A stretch of DNA of 63,972 nt, filler included, from Choristocarpus tenellus KU-1152 (GCA_964200185.2; 11 parts of 11 records of this genome joined end to end with filler, not necessarily neighbours in it); one strand, 5' to 3'. Shown: positions 51,595 through 63,948, numbered from the whole stretch's first letter. Notes: generated by a model not told the origin, from the sequence alone. A program made the numbers and translations.

Positions 51595-52347
51595 NNNNNN
51601 NNNNNNNNNNNNNNNNNNNNNNNNNNNNNNNNNNNNNNTTAATTAATTAANNNNNNNNNNNNNNNNNNNNNNNNNNNNNNNNNNNNNNNNNNNNGGGGGG
51701 GGGAGGGAGGAAATATATTGATCCAATATAATACAAGGGCTTGTTAGTGATGTAAAGAGACTGGGGTTGTGTGATAAGAGATTAGGAGTTGATAGCGCAT
51801 CGAGAGTCATTCAGTTGATTCATTTAGCATTTGTTAGGATGTGACGTAGGAAGATGGAAGACAAGTGTCAAGGTCCCACCTCTTGGAAGTGTTGGAGTGC
51901 TACTTTTCCCCTAGTGTCAAGTGTGAAATGAAGTTTGATGATCCTTACACGCACCCATCTCCCTGAACTCAACACACATATTATATTGTTGCTGTACTTT
52001 TGTTTCTATTTCCGTTATCACCTGTAGCCTTGAGGGATCCCAGACCCGTTGTCAAGAAGGTAGTCAGTCTGACAAAGAATACAGTACACACTGCTTTGAT
52101 AAAAGGTAAACAAGGACCTTAGAAAGAAGCACCAAAACAAGAATAGAATGTGCAGGTGAAGAGCACTATCACTCGAGAATAAAATGAAAAAGAAGAAATG
52201 GAACAAATTAAAAAAGAGTGATGGATGTGAGAAAATCTACCCCAAAAAACAGAGCACAACCCAACAAACACACACACGGGCGTGTGCTCTTCTATCTGTT
52301 GTGATACCTGTGTGTATATATAAATGTACTTTTTTTTCTTTGTGCAG

Positions 52348-55300
52348 GAGTACCTAGTGGTGGAGGTTTTCGAGCGAAAGCTGGGTTTGTTCCTGACCTT
52401 GTGTCAGTTCTTTGGATACGCCTCCTACGCCTTCTTTCAGAGGTGCCTGAGGGGGGACCTTCAGAGGGCCATACCCCTGCGGTACTACATATTCCTCAGC
52501 TGTCTCCAGGTGTGTTATTTTTTGGAAAACCTGCTGAGTTGTATGACTCTAAAGATGCACAACAGTACACAATGATAGTGGATTTTACGTATCAGTAGGT
52601 GGTACATCCATCCTGTACTTTTTTTTTTCTTGTTTGAGATGCGTCAATATCTGTCTGCTCGAGGACTCTCCCTCCAAAGGCCCCAACCCAGTGCTGATAT
52701 TCCTTGCTCAATGCCTTTCCTGTTACCAATGATATTTTTTTCTCATCTTGTGAATTCTTGTGCCCAGCCTTGGCGGGTTTTTGTGGTAAGAAGAATTGGG
52801 TGCCTGCTTATGAGACCCTTGGCTACCCATCCATATCCCTCCAGCCTTATCTGCCTGCAAGGCCTGAATATGTCAGATCACCACGACACTATCAAGATGC
52901 TGTAATGTACCATAATAGTGTTTAAAAAAATAAAAATGGGTTTCTATGTTAGTGTGGAGGCACTATAACAACCAGCATAACTGGTGTCTGCTCAGCATAT
53001 CTCTGTACCCATTTGTCTGTTACCTCATATCTTGCCCACAATATGCCTCTTGTGGTTAAAATGTTTTTCTGTATGCCATTCCCCCCCCACCTCACAATTC
53101 AATTAAAACACGTATGTATTCAAACCCACACGCACGCACACACACTCACACACACACAATGGGTGTTTCTCTTGGCAGGCGTCCATGCAGGCATTGACTA
53201 ATGTGTCGATGATGTATCTCAACTACCCAGCAAAGGTCCTGTTCAAATCCAGCAGAGTTGTTCCCATTATGTGCTTCGGTGTTCTCTGGCAGGTGTGAAG
53301 GGAGGTCAAGGGCAATGGGTATGTATCTTTGGCAATAAGAGTTGTTGAGTTTCTTCAGCTTATTTTTTCACATGATGTTGTAGGAAATGCATGTTTTGGA
53401 CCTACAAAATGTGTGTTGGCAGGCATGAATGGGTGTATACCGCTCCTTTTGTTGCTTTAGGTATTGATAGAGTAACACCTTTGTTTTTTAATCCCTGCAC
53501 ACACACATTTACACATGTAAGTATTTTTTGCACCTCCCTTGTGTTAGACTTAATTATGACCGCAGAAGTTTCAATTGACAGAGTACTCAGTAATTGCTGC
53601 GACAGAGAGGTGGTGGTATAGGATGATCTTATGCTCTTGTAACCATCCATCATTGTGTTTCTTCCTTGGCCTATTCAAATCTACATCTTGTAGATATCCC
53701 CGTCTTATGTTCCACTGCTTGCTCACGCACACATGGGACACTGTGCCTGCACCATTTCCCCACATAAACTTGGTACGATTGTTCTTTTCAACTGATTGCC
53801 ACTGTGTAAGTATTTGAAGCACTGAGTATTTTTCACACCTTGATTTGTAGCAAAGAATTAATTTTTATTGCCTTTTTTTTATTGTTACAAATAAAATAAA
53901 AACCAGGGTCGGAAATATTCACGCAGGGACTACCTTGTCGTGGTCCTGATAGTGGTGGGACTGGTGACCTTCCTGGAGGCCGATTCTAAGACCTCGCCTT
54001 CGTACAGCCTCATTGGGGTTGGGTTGATATCTTTGGCGCTGGTGGTAGATGCAATACTGATCAACATTCAGGTATGACATGCATGAGATCGTGAGGGCGG
54101 GGTTGTTTTTGATGGAGGTGTTATGGAGGAAAATGGGAGGGGGAGAGAGGGATATACCGTTTTCTCATCTTTTTGCGTCTTTAGTATTTTTCTTCTAGTA
54201 TTGCTGTTGTAGTAGGTATTTTGTAGATAGTGTTGGTTTCTGGTGTATGAGGTTTGTAAGTTTTTTCAAGGTCATTACTGCCAGGAAAATGTAGTGTAAT
54301 GTCTTGAATGTTGAGTTAGAGTAGGTACCAGTTTGCAATTTTTGACCTATCCTTCAAGGACAGCATGGTTGTTTGACATACACTGCAGTGTGGACTAAAG
54401 AGTTTTTTATATTTGCATAGGTAGTGTTTTTCTGTAGATGATAGAAGAGTTCTTTTTTTCCAAGAGATACTTTGTTTATATTTATTCCACCACATCCTTT
54501 CATGCCCCCTATCTAATGAACTGATCGGTTTCATGTCTTGATCCTCCAAAATCTGGCAGGAAGATATCATGAACTTCTATAACTGCTGCCAGGATGAGCT
54601 CATCATGTATTCATACATTGGAGGCACAATAATTATGTCGCTTGCTTGCCTATATACTGGAGATCTCGGGGAAGGACTGCAGCACATGCATGAGAGGGTG
54701 AGGGAAATAAGAATGAGGGGGCGGAGGGGGTGTGGGAGGCTCATAGTGCAAGTAATTTTAGTGTGGTTGGTATCCACTTGTAGAAGGACCGGTATGATAG
54801 AAGCCTACTTTAGCTGTTCTTGTTTTCTCTTGTGCCACATTGATTCAGATCAGCAGGTCGGATCAGTGATCCTTCTCCTCTTGCTTATTGCTGTTTTTGT
54901 GTTTGGTCTTGCATGCATAAGTTTGTGAGAAAGGAGGGCTCTACCATGAAGCTCTTGCCTCTCTTGCTCATGCAGGCATTTTTCCTTTGAAACCCTAACC
55001 CTAACCCAAACTGCCGCTTCCTAGCCCACATCGACCAAAGTTTGTGACTCACTCATCCTCTTACGGTGCTCTTCCAGTGATGTCATACCAATTGCCTTCC
55101 ACTTCCCCCCCCCCCCCCCCCCCCCCCCTTTGTTCTTTCAAAAACCTCAAAAAAAACACACCTTTGTTTTGGCAACCCCCACCCCCCCCCTTGCCCCTTT
55201 TCTNNNNNNNNNNCCCCCTTTGTCTCCCCACTTCCTCCCCCCCCCCCCCCCCCCCCCCCTCTACTGTATGTGCTCTTACAAAACACTTAAAAATACACAC

Positions 55301-56695
55301 TTGTGGTGTGGAACACACTGCACGTCCATGTCGTACTGTCCTAATGGACCAACTGTGATGGGTTCACGTTTTGTGTTGAATATGAACAGGGATGTGGGTC
55401 TGTGTTAGCGATCATGTTGTTTGCTGGGGCAGGGTTCTTGGGGGTGAGTTGTGTAGCAGCGCTCACCAAGCGTTTTGGTGCCCTGGTGTCGGCCATCACC
55501 ACAACAGCTAGGAAAGCTGTGACTCTGTTTCTCAGCTTCTTATTCTTCCCAAAGCCTATCTCGCTCCAGCACTACGTGGGGGCCATCTTGTTCATCTTTG
55601 GCCTTGTGGTGAGCTTGAGAGGCATGAATGCAAACGATGATGTGTAACTAGATTAGGGTTGCGTTTCTTGGACTTAGACAGGTTTGGCTTCCAGTGGTTT
55701 GGTGTGTTGTCCAATGGGGCTTGATTGACTTTGTGCCCATGCATCTATATTGTTGTAGTTTCCAGGGACTGAGATTTGTATGCATGGGAAGTATTAGTGG
55801 TGAATTAGTTTGCTTATATGGCAGGCTTATAAGGCGAAAGGGTAAACCAGAGCAGGAATTCTCTGATGACACCTCACCCCCTTTCCCCCTTGCTCCTCTT
55901 GGATTTTGCTGTTATGTACAGATCAAGGCCACAGCTAAGAAAAGGAAGTCGCACGACAGTTCCACTCACGATACCCTTATTGCACAGAGAAGCCAAGACC
56001 AGGTTAATGGTCAACAACAACAACCATGCCATGCAAGAAAACATGTCTCTAACAGCAATAGTGTTGAGAGGGGAGGAGGCTTAGCCATTAGAGGGGTCCC
56101 TGCCCACAGCGCGAGCATGGGTGCAATTGTGGCAAGGGGGGCAAGAAGTGAAAGACGTGAGGGGGACCTCTTGCTATCAATGGGTGCACCAAAAGATGCT
56201 GGTATTGCCCTTCTTGAGTTGGGCAGTATTGATGCTGGTGCTAGCGGGGGCATCAATCAGGATGGTTGTGGTAGTCTCAGCAGCAGCAGTGGAGGAAGAG
56301 TACAATCTCGTGACTGTGGTGATTGCAGTACTCCCTCTACTCACAGTCCCAGCCCTCCAGCTAAAATGCACTCATTGGTTAACACTGGCGGTGTAGGAGA
56401 ACCTCCAAGGCAAGGGCAAGGTCAGAGAGTAGGGGAAATAAGTGGAGCAGCAACTGCACGAGCAGTCCTAGGGTCGGATTCTGCGGGTGGGTGCCCAGCA
56501 AGACACCCCTCTTCTAGAAATGGAGGGGTGGGGGATGGGGGGGGGAGGGCAGTAATGCCATTGTCAGAAACAGGACTGGGGTTGTCAATGCCTACAATAT
56601 CTCAGATACGCCGGAAAACCCCTGGTTCGCCCCCTCTTGTGAGGTTTGGGGACCTGGGGACGTACATGCCGACGCCTCCACCCTCACAGCTTTAG
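52348..56695 (+). CDS. Nucleotide-sugar/PAPS transporter, SLC35B3 (UAA family)-like, 5' exon(s) missing. Exons 52348-52509, 53179-53292, 53907-54071, 54560-54697, 55390-55608, 55922-56695
   Basis: Phase-0 GT-AG junctions join FLTLCQF, MYLNYPAKVLFKSSRVVPIM, GRKYSRRDY, LVVDAILINIQE and FGALVSAITTTARKAVTLFLSFLFFPKP. Confidence 0.9.
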
Positions 56696-58445
56696 TATGG
56701 AATAGTATTATCAGGTGTTGAGTTTGAAGATTGGTGTACTTGTGTTCTCTCTGCAGAAGAGGGGGTAGGAGCGCCCCTGGTTGCCAGGAAGTAGTCCCAG
56801 CCTTTTTGGTGGTAACAGGGTGTTTGGATATGTTGTGAAAATGGTGGGGTTTGCCTGATTTTCCATTTTGAGTGTATCGTTATGCTGGCATATGTGCCTG
56901 CATAAGGTTAAAATCTACTCAAGGATCGCCTACAACTTGACTGTGCTCAGTGAGCTGAACTTATTGAGGTGTGGGGTGTTTTCAAAATGTTGATGGCTCA
57001 ATGGGCTTAGGAGACAAGGTGTGGGATGGGTGTGTTCTTGCAATGACTTATGTTTAAATGTTCTCATGGTTATGCATTGATCTTTTGCATTTTTCTGGCA
57101 CATTCTTGGTGCTTCTTGTAGTTTTAATGTTGCTGCGCCAGGCTATGCATACTGTGGATGACTGCCCACAGGGATCTGTTATGTTTTCTGTCCCTGCCAC
57201 TCCCTGACATGCAGTGTGGTAGGGGTCAATTGAATGTTGCTGTACTTATTGACTGTTGTTGCAGGTTTTGTTAGTTGTTGAATTGTCCAACCTTTGTGGT
57301 GGTTGCATGCCACTGGTTGTTTGCATGCAGACTGTGAGGAACATTTTTTATTTTTTTGCATGAGTGACTCTCTTCTGATCTTGGTTGCAATGCCTTTGTT
57401 TGCTTGCCTTTGTTGAGTTTTTTGCTTGATAACTATGTTTTTGTTCTTCCACAGTGCAGGCTGTCTCCTTGCCTATCCCATTGTGCGATGTTATCCTATC
57501 GTACCTGCACATCAGACTGGATGGCCTGGGAGGAACCTTTGACTCTGTTTGACAGCTAGCTAGAAGGGGTGGATGCTCACTGCCTGTGTGTGTTTAGTAC
57601 ATGTAGTGCTGTGGTATGGGCTAGGGTCTTGGCTGGCTGGTGTCCGAGCAGGGTGGCCTTGTGTTAACTCTTCTCTCCTAGTTAGGGTGCATGATATGTG
57701 TGAGTTGTTATTAGTGGGGGGGTTTCTGTTTGTTGGGTGTCTAAGTTGAGTGGACAGGGTAGGTTGACCTTGACTCCTAGTAAGTAGTACTGTTGTATGT
57801 AGGAGCTACCCTATGTTTTGCACTTGGATTTTACCAACATAGTTCTGTATTCATTTTCAGTTCTTTTATATTTTTCTGAGTTAGGTGCTTAGTGAGAGCT
57901 CATCCGTGATATGTCCAAGTACAAAGTCCAGTGGTTCAGTCAGGCAGCACTATTCTGCTTTGGACTGGAATTGATTTATTCTATGTAAGAATAAGCACAC
58001 GCAACAAGCATACCTTTGGGAGTAACTGTTCATCCATACTTGGATTAAAGAGAGTTGGGTAGAGAGAGAAAGGGTGGTGCAAAATATTGTGTAAGCATGC
58101 ATTAAGGAATTATGTTTTATAGGAGTGCCCTTCCATTTTGAGGCAAGTATCCAAAAATATCTAGGAAAATATCACATTGAATACCCCAATATAGTATCAC
58201 CTTAGTGATGCTTGGGGGTCATGGTTGAAGAATCAATGGAAGATATTTAAGAATTATTGTAATGGTCTTATATCTTGCTTGAGTATAAGCTAGATCATAA
58301 GTAATGACGAGTGATAGGATACGAGAAGTCAGCAGAGGGCATAGTNNNNNNNNNNNNNNNNNNNNNNNNNNNNNNNNNNNNNNNNNNNNTTAATTAATTA
58401 ANNNNNNNNNNNNNNNNNNNNNNNNNNNNNNNNNNNNNNNNNNNN

Positions 58446-58519
58446 AGCAAAAAAAAGATTTGTTTGACCGAAATGGACCCCCCCTCACAAATCCCCCCCC
58501 CCCCCCAGATACTTTGACC
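58446..58519. mobile_element. End of a third related MITE family (D)
   Basis: TGTTTGACCGAAATGGAC...CCCCAGATACTTTGACC, homologous to 61473-61568, with an interior unlike A or B. Confidence 0.7.
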
Positions 58520-60003
58520 TATCTCTCTACACTACATGCAATGAGTCCATGTGCACTGCTCTGAAAGAATGGTCCAGATGAGACCAGATTGTTTCCCCAG
58601 GGGTTGCCAACCGATTCGATCATCATCATGAGATACCATTCCTCTGAGGGTAAAGGTTTTCCCATCCATTTATGGGTTGCACTTTTGGTGAAGAAGGGCA
58701 TTTCACAAATGCAGTGAGCACTGTATTGGCTTCATTAATCAAGGTCATCTACAAGCAATGTCAACAACAGGAGCAGCTCTCATCTCTCTGAGGCGATGGC
58801 CTAAGGCGATAGAATTGTAGTATATGGGATGCCAAACTAGTCGCAGGATAGGAAACAAGTAGAAAAGATAATAAAAAATATGAAAATTGTCTATGGCTCA
58901 TGTCGACCCCTTTCAGATCACCTTTGGGATACATTACACCCTACTCATGTTTTAAGAAAGTGTATTTTGTAGAGTTAGAATCCTTTTGGTTCAGGCCATT
59001 CAGCTTCAAGCTATCAAAAAAATATATCAAAAGCGCTTGGGTAGTTATTTTACCAGGCATTAAAATATTTTGTTTTGCCAAGGGTCAAACGTTTTTTATC
59101 CTCTGGTTGTCATATAATATTCCCACCTTGCCTTTGAGATTGTAAGGGTGCGCATGAGTGAGGCACTTGCTACTAAACGTTGGTTGATGCTGCTGGCCTG
59201 ATGTCACCATATGTACTCCATGTATTTTTGCTGAAAGGAGTATATTTGTTGTGCGGTTCAGTAGTTACAATATGGTAATTGACGGTAATAGTTGCTACAG
59301 TTTTGTGAGATTGTTATTTGTCAAGAGATTATGGATTGATCAGAGTTGTAATGTTTGGTAGTTGGTTTTTTGATTTTGGTGCAGATTTTAGTTGAATCTC
59401 ACTTGAGGGGTAGACAAGGCCTACTTGTACCACAGCAGCAGTGAAACCAAGTTCGAACTGGGCTGTAAGGTTGGAAAATAGCTGACTTTTAAGTTCTAGT
59501 TTGCGCAATAAAGCACAAATGTTATGCACTCAACAGTTGTACACATCACATATGCTGAAAATACTGATAGGGAAAAATTCCAAAAATTTCATGCAATACC
59601 ATATATACAAGTTCATCTTTGGAAAATGACTCATGGACATTACATATGCCATTCTTGTTTGACATACCACCCCAGTCCTACCATAGCCCAATAAATCTTT
59701 ACATGCTTTGCCCACCCCAAACAACAAAATATATTTACTGATCAAGCCTCTTCTAAACGTCTAACCCTTTTTTCATTCAGATGCCCTCAAAACAAAGTTG
59801 TACCGCCTCAAGAAAACCTTGTAACCTGAACATCACACTTAAATCTCATATGATCACAACTCTAATGCTGGGTCATGCCTCATCCCTTCGTTTTACCCTA
59901 CCTTTTCTAAGCATCGCATAGCATATATCCATCTACCTGACTTTTATTGACACAGCTACAACCAACAGACCACGTCCAGTTCATCATTTCAACCATTTCT
60001 CAG

Positions 60004-60234
60004 ATACGTGAAGCAGAGTTGCTCCCAACCCTCTTCCCTGTTGGACGCAACCTTACGTTTGAAGCACTGCATACCGGGGAATTGATTTGCTTTGCAAATG
60101 ATGCTGAAGGGCTTTATGGGAACAACAGGTACACTCTAAATGTCACTGTCACAAGGACCAGTTGGCCACCAAACGGGACCTACCACAATGAGTATGTGGA
60201 CTTTGTGGCTATGGCGCTTACAGTCTCCCCATGA
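60004..60234 (+). CDS. Terminal exon with a LecA/PA-IL-like lectin motif
   Basis: Acceptor CATTTCTCAG, then IREAELLPTLFPVGRNLTFEALHTGELICFANDAEGLYGNNRYTLNVTVTR...SP*. Confidence 0.6.
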   Translation: MREAELLPTLFPVGRNLTFEALHTGELICFANDAEGLYGNNRYTLNVTVTRTSWPPNGTYHNEYVDFVAMALTVSP

Positions 60235-60372
60235 ACATTGTTGGGTAAGCGCAACAAATGGGGTGTTGGTAGCTGGATGGCGTCTAATAGGACAAACGGG
60301 GACTTAGTAACACAGGATGATGCTCAGCATGGGCACGGTATAGCTGTATGCTGATGAAGTTGTTGGGAGGTG

Positions 60373-60657
60373 TTAAGCAGGGATACGGTCGGTGGAGTTC
60401 GACTGATGTGAGATGGGCAATAAAGGAGAGGCAGAGAAAATTGTCATGCCTGCTTTTGCCTTTGGCTCTGTTTTTGAGAAAGGGAGGGCGTGATCGAATC
60501 TGCATAAACTGGTAAGTGGGTGATCATCCCCACCCAATGATTTCGCAGCATTTTGGCAGTCAACACGTACTATTGATGAGGTGACATATTGTTCTGCCGC
60601 TTTCAAGGCACTTCTCACTGAGTCAGTAGATGTTACATGTGATGAGGTGTACATGCA
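60373..60657 (-). CDS. Probable terminal exon of an unknown convergent gene
   Basis: TTTCAG acceptor and about 94 open codons to TAA. Confidence 0.4.
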   Translation of the reverse strand, partial: CMYTSSHVTSTDSVRSALKAAEQYVTSSIVRVDCQNAAKSLGGDDHPLTSLCRFDHALPFSKTEPKAKAGMTIFSASPLLPISHQSNSTDRIPA

Positions 60658-61174
60658 CTGAAATCTGGGCTAGAATATTCTCTTATGCTTCAGGCACATG
60701 TACGATATTAACCTGTTGCACTCCACTTCACATAGGTATCATAGCTACTAATTGTCCAAGACAATGAATATGTCGTTTCTTACTGATATTGGTCAATGTG
60801 ATCCTACAGGGTCAATAACACTTCAGAGCACATGAAGGCAAGGATAAAATATGACAAAGAGTTAACTAGACAACAATTAGCTAATCGAAGTGGGTTTGCA
60901 GTGCTGGACTCGAGGTAGTACAGATGGTTGCGACCAGCCTATCACTGCTTGGGTTTGGGAGCAGCATATCAAGCCCTTGGTAAAGATGGTTCCATATTAA
61001 ACGGGTGCTGATCTTTATGCCACAAATTTTTGGATGGGGGGAGGGACAGTGCTTTCCTGTGAGTTGTGTTCTCTACTAGTTACACTACTAGAGAGCTCCA
61101 CACATGCTACGCCTAATTGAACTGCAAACATCAAACTCTATCCAAAGCTCTTTGCTATGAGGACATAGCAGCAA

Positions 61175-61372
61175 GAGTGAAAGTATCTCAGAGGGTACGA
61201 TTTTTGCCCTGTTTGTCCATTTGGGACTTGGCTTCCTATTTCCCATTTTTTTATGACATTTACCTACTCCAGAATATTTTGGAGTAAACAGCCTCTCAGC
61301 GAAATTGAGGATGGAGCATACTATGGAGGATAGGTTTGACCCAAAATGGTGCGCGGAAAGTGTCCATATGTT
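61175..61372. mobile_element. MITE family A left part (61175-61286) interrupted by repeat family C (61289-61372)
   Basis: GAGTGAAAGTATCTCAGAGGGTA terminus, then an abrupt switch to CAGCCTCTC...GATGGAGCATAC. Confidence 0.8.
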
Positions 61373-61472
61373 NNNNNNNNNNNNNNNNNNNNNNNNNNNN
61401 NNNNNNNNNNNNNNNNTTAATTAATTAANNNNNNNNNNNNNNNNNNNNNNNNNNNNNNNNNNNNNNNNNNNN

Positions 61473-61568
61473 GGTTGCACGAGTCGGATTTGAAATGTCA
61501 GCAAAAAAATAATTGTTTGACCGAAACCGACGCCCCCTCACAACCCCCCCCCCCAGATACTTTGACTC
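61473..61568. mobile_element. MITE family D end
   Basis: TGTTTGACCGAAACCGAC...CCCCAGATACTTTGACTC. Confidence 0.7.
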
Positions 61569-62349
61569 TCTTATCAATAGGAGTCTCATTGTTTCTGGAA
61601 ATGTCATGGTACATTCTTCATTTTGCCACTGTATCGAAGTTCCAATGGGCCAGTGCACCTCATTCAGGACCCAAAGCGATTGTGTCTCTTTTTCCTCTTT
61701 TGTATGACAATAATGATTGTCAATTCAAATTGAAGAACACAAGTCATATCCCAGTCACCTGCCATGATATGGAAGTTGATCGATTATTTTCATGTTTTGC
61801 TTTTGCCTTCTTGTCTCGAGTGTTGTATTGGAAGCTACTCTTCAACATCTCGTGCGATAGAAAATGGATCCTCAAACTTCGCATGTGCGACCTTGGATAT
61901 ATACGCTCTCTCTCTCTCTGACTCAGGGGATATTTGGCATACCATCCAGGTGACTCCGATTCTTCTGGAGAGGGGACAGAACGGTGGAAAGGGATGCTGT
62001 AAAATTGAGGCCAAATATGATGGTCTTGTGCACTCGATCATCAACGCTTTAAGTGGTACCTACACACTTTTTGTGACGCCAAGCTCTGAACCTACTTGAT
62101 GTACTACATTGTAGCTGGTGGTATACAATCTTACAAGATAATAAAAATGCGTTGTTTTTTTATTTTCACCCCTCTGTTCAACTCGCAACTAGCAGTGTTT
62201 CTTACCTTACCTTTTATGGAGTACTCCACATGTTAATCTTGCACATGATAGCCTCTTGCTCTAAAACGGCACCAGCAACAATGATGAAAGAAAAGGGGTG
62301 GAGGGAGAGGCTCCACAGATACACTGTGTACCCCTTATTCTCACCTCAA

Positions 62350-62609
62350 GAGTGGAAGTATCGTAGAGGGTACGAGTTTTCCCCTGTTTGTCCATTTGGG
62401 GCTTGGCCTCCCATGGTCTCTTTTTATGACATTTTCCTAATCCAAGATGTTTCGGCGTAGGTAAAATGTATACGTTATGAAAAGGTGTGTCCAGAACAAG
62501 GATATTGACACTTCCTAACTAACATGATAGCCAAAATTACATCAAAATCGCAACATTGGGTTTTGGACCCCAAATGGACGCTGCTTTACCCTCTAAGATA
62601 ATTTGGCTC
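62350..62609. mobile_element. MITE family A, complete, TSD TCAA
   Basis: GAGTGGAAGTATCGTAGAGGGTA...TACCCTCTAAGATAATTTGGCTC with TCAA on both flanks. Confidence 0.9.
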
Positions 62610-63948
62610 TCAAATGCAAGGCTTGCCATCGGAGCCCAACTTCAAAGCATGCTAAGAACCTGCTTAAGCATCCCCTTTGTACTGCATACAAATGATTCGA
62701 TAACTTCAAATGATGCATCACAGAGGGCACAAAATCACATCAATTTGTTATTCCAGATCACAATGCATGCCCTTACCCCCAATAAACAACCCGTTAACCA
62801 AGGTAACTCCTCAGTTGTGGTCCTTGAGCTTTTTTGGAACCAGTTTCACTTGCCTGCACTCCTCAACATGCTGTTCTGAAGCACTGTCTGTATATAGGCA
62901 AATACTCTGTAGTAAAATAAATTTTAAGAATGACGAAGCAAGTCTCATTGGCCTGTACTTTCCGATATGCACTTTGAAGCACTGATTTAATATACATTTG
63001 AAGAATGAACAAGCACTCTGTATTATACGGACCAAGAAAAAAAAACAAAAATCTGGCTGTAGATCCTTATGGTAGGTTTTTGACCTATGCTACTAAAGTG
63101 GGGTCAGCTTGTCTGTGATGGTGGTGTATAGGCACAGCAATAGGTGCTGCAGACCACTTGATTTGTGCTATGCCTGATTTTTGGGGTGCCATGGATTTTG
63201 TGGCATGGCGAGGAAGAGGGCATATGAAGAAAATGATAAGTTGTAATGATGGTAACACGAGACTTGTGTGCGTATGTATGATAATGCAGACACCATTTTT
63301 TGTGGGGTCACTTCCTGCTGTGTGTTATGAACAATGAGAGCTAAAGCCGTTCAGTTACCCTGTAGCAACTACAGTGCAGCAAATGAGGTGGCCCATGCTC
63401 ACCGTCATCTCCTTCGGCTATGTCTCTGTGAGACCTTGCAGTGACGTGAGATTTTCCCTCCTTGGTGAGGAGCAAGAGCAACAGTCACACTGTAGCAACA
63501 CTTGTTTTTTCAAAGTATCCTATGTAGTCACAGTCCCGGGTTTGTACCAAACTCTGAAAAACAGGGTTCCAAACAATCCACGTCATGTTGAATCTCAGCT
63601 CAAACCCTGGTGGAGGTCTGAGCTCACAGTACCAGTCCCCCTGCACGGGTCTGGTCAAGATCACGTCTTTATTGTCTAAGCTAGAATAAACCCATTGGTT
63701 GCTGAGATAGGAGACTTGCCACAGATCCCATAGTGGAAGGAGTTGGTTGTAGTTCGACGGCAGCAGCTACAAGGTTTACAGTATTGACAAGTTTATCTTC
63801 TCTGCGTATTATACATCATAGCAAGAATGGACTTGAAATCCTGGTCCTGAACAATGATAATGCCAATAAGACCAATTCAGGGGCGACGTGTGAGGCCAAA
63901 ATGTGGGTCAGGTCGTGGATGGCAATTCACCAGCAAGTGACTACAGTG

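Noticed and set aside
49617-52348. Plastid-presequence exon as the 5' end of the SLC35B transporter
   Set aside because: Separated by an artificial spacer, and a plastid presequence does not fit a Golgi/ER transporter.
55044-55408. Poly-Pro/poly-Gly ORFs (also 16261-16527)
   Set aside because: Translations of poly-C runs around 10-N gaps, probably duplicated low-quality read ends.
6836-61472. Regularly recurring TTAATTAATTAA palindrome
   Set aside because: Always centred in N runs, so it is an assembly linker. It also means gene neighbourhoods across blocks cannot be trusted.
61764-62099. Exon-like segment
   Set aside because: Plausible on either strand and in several frames, so no call can be supported.
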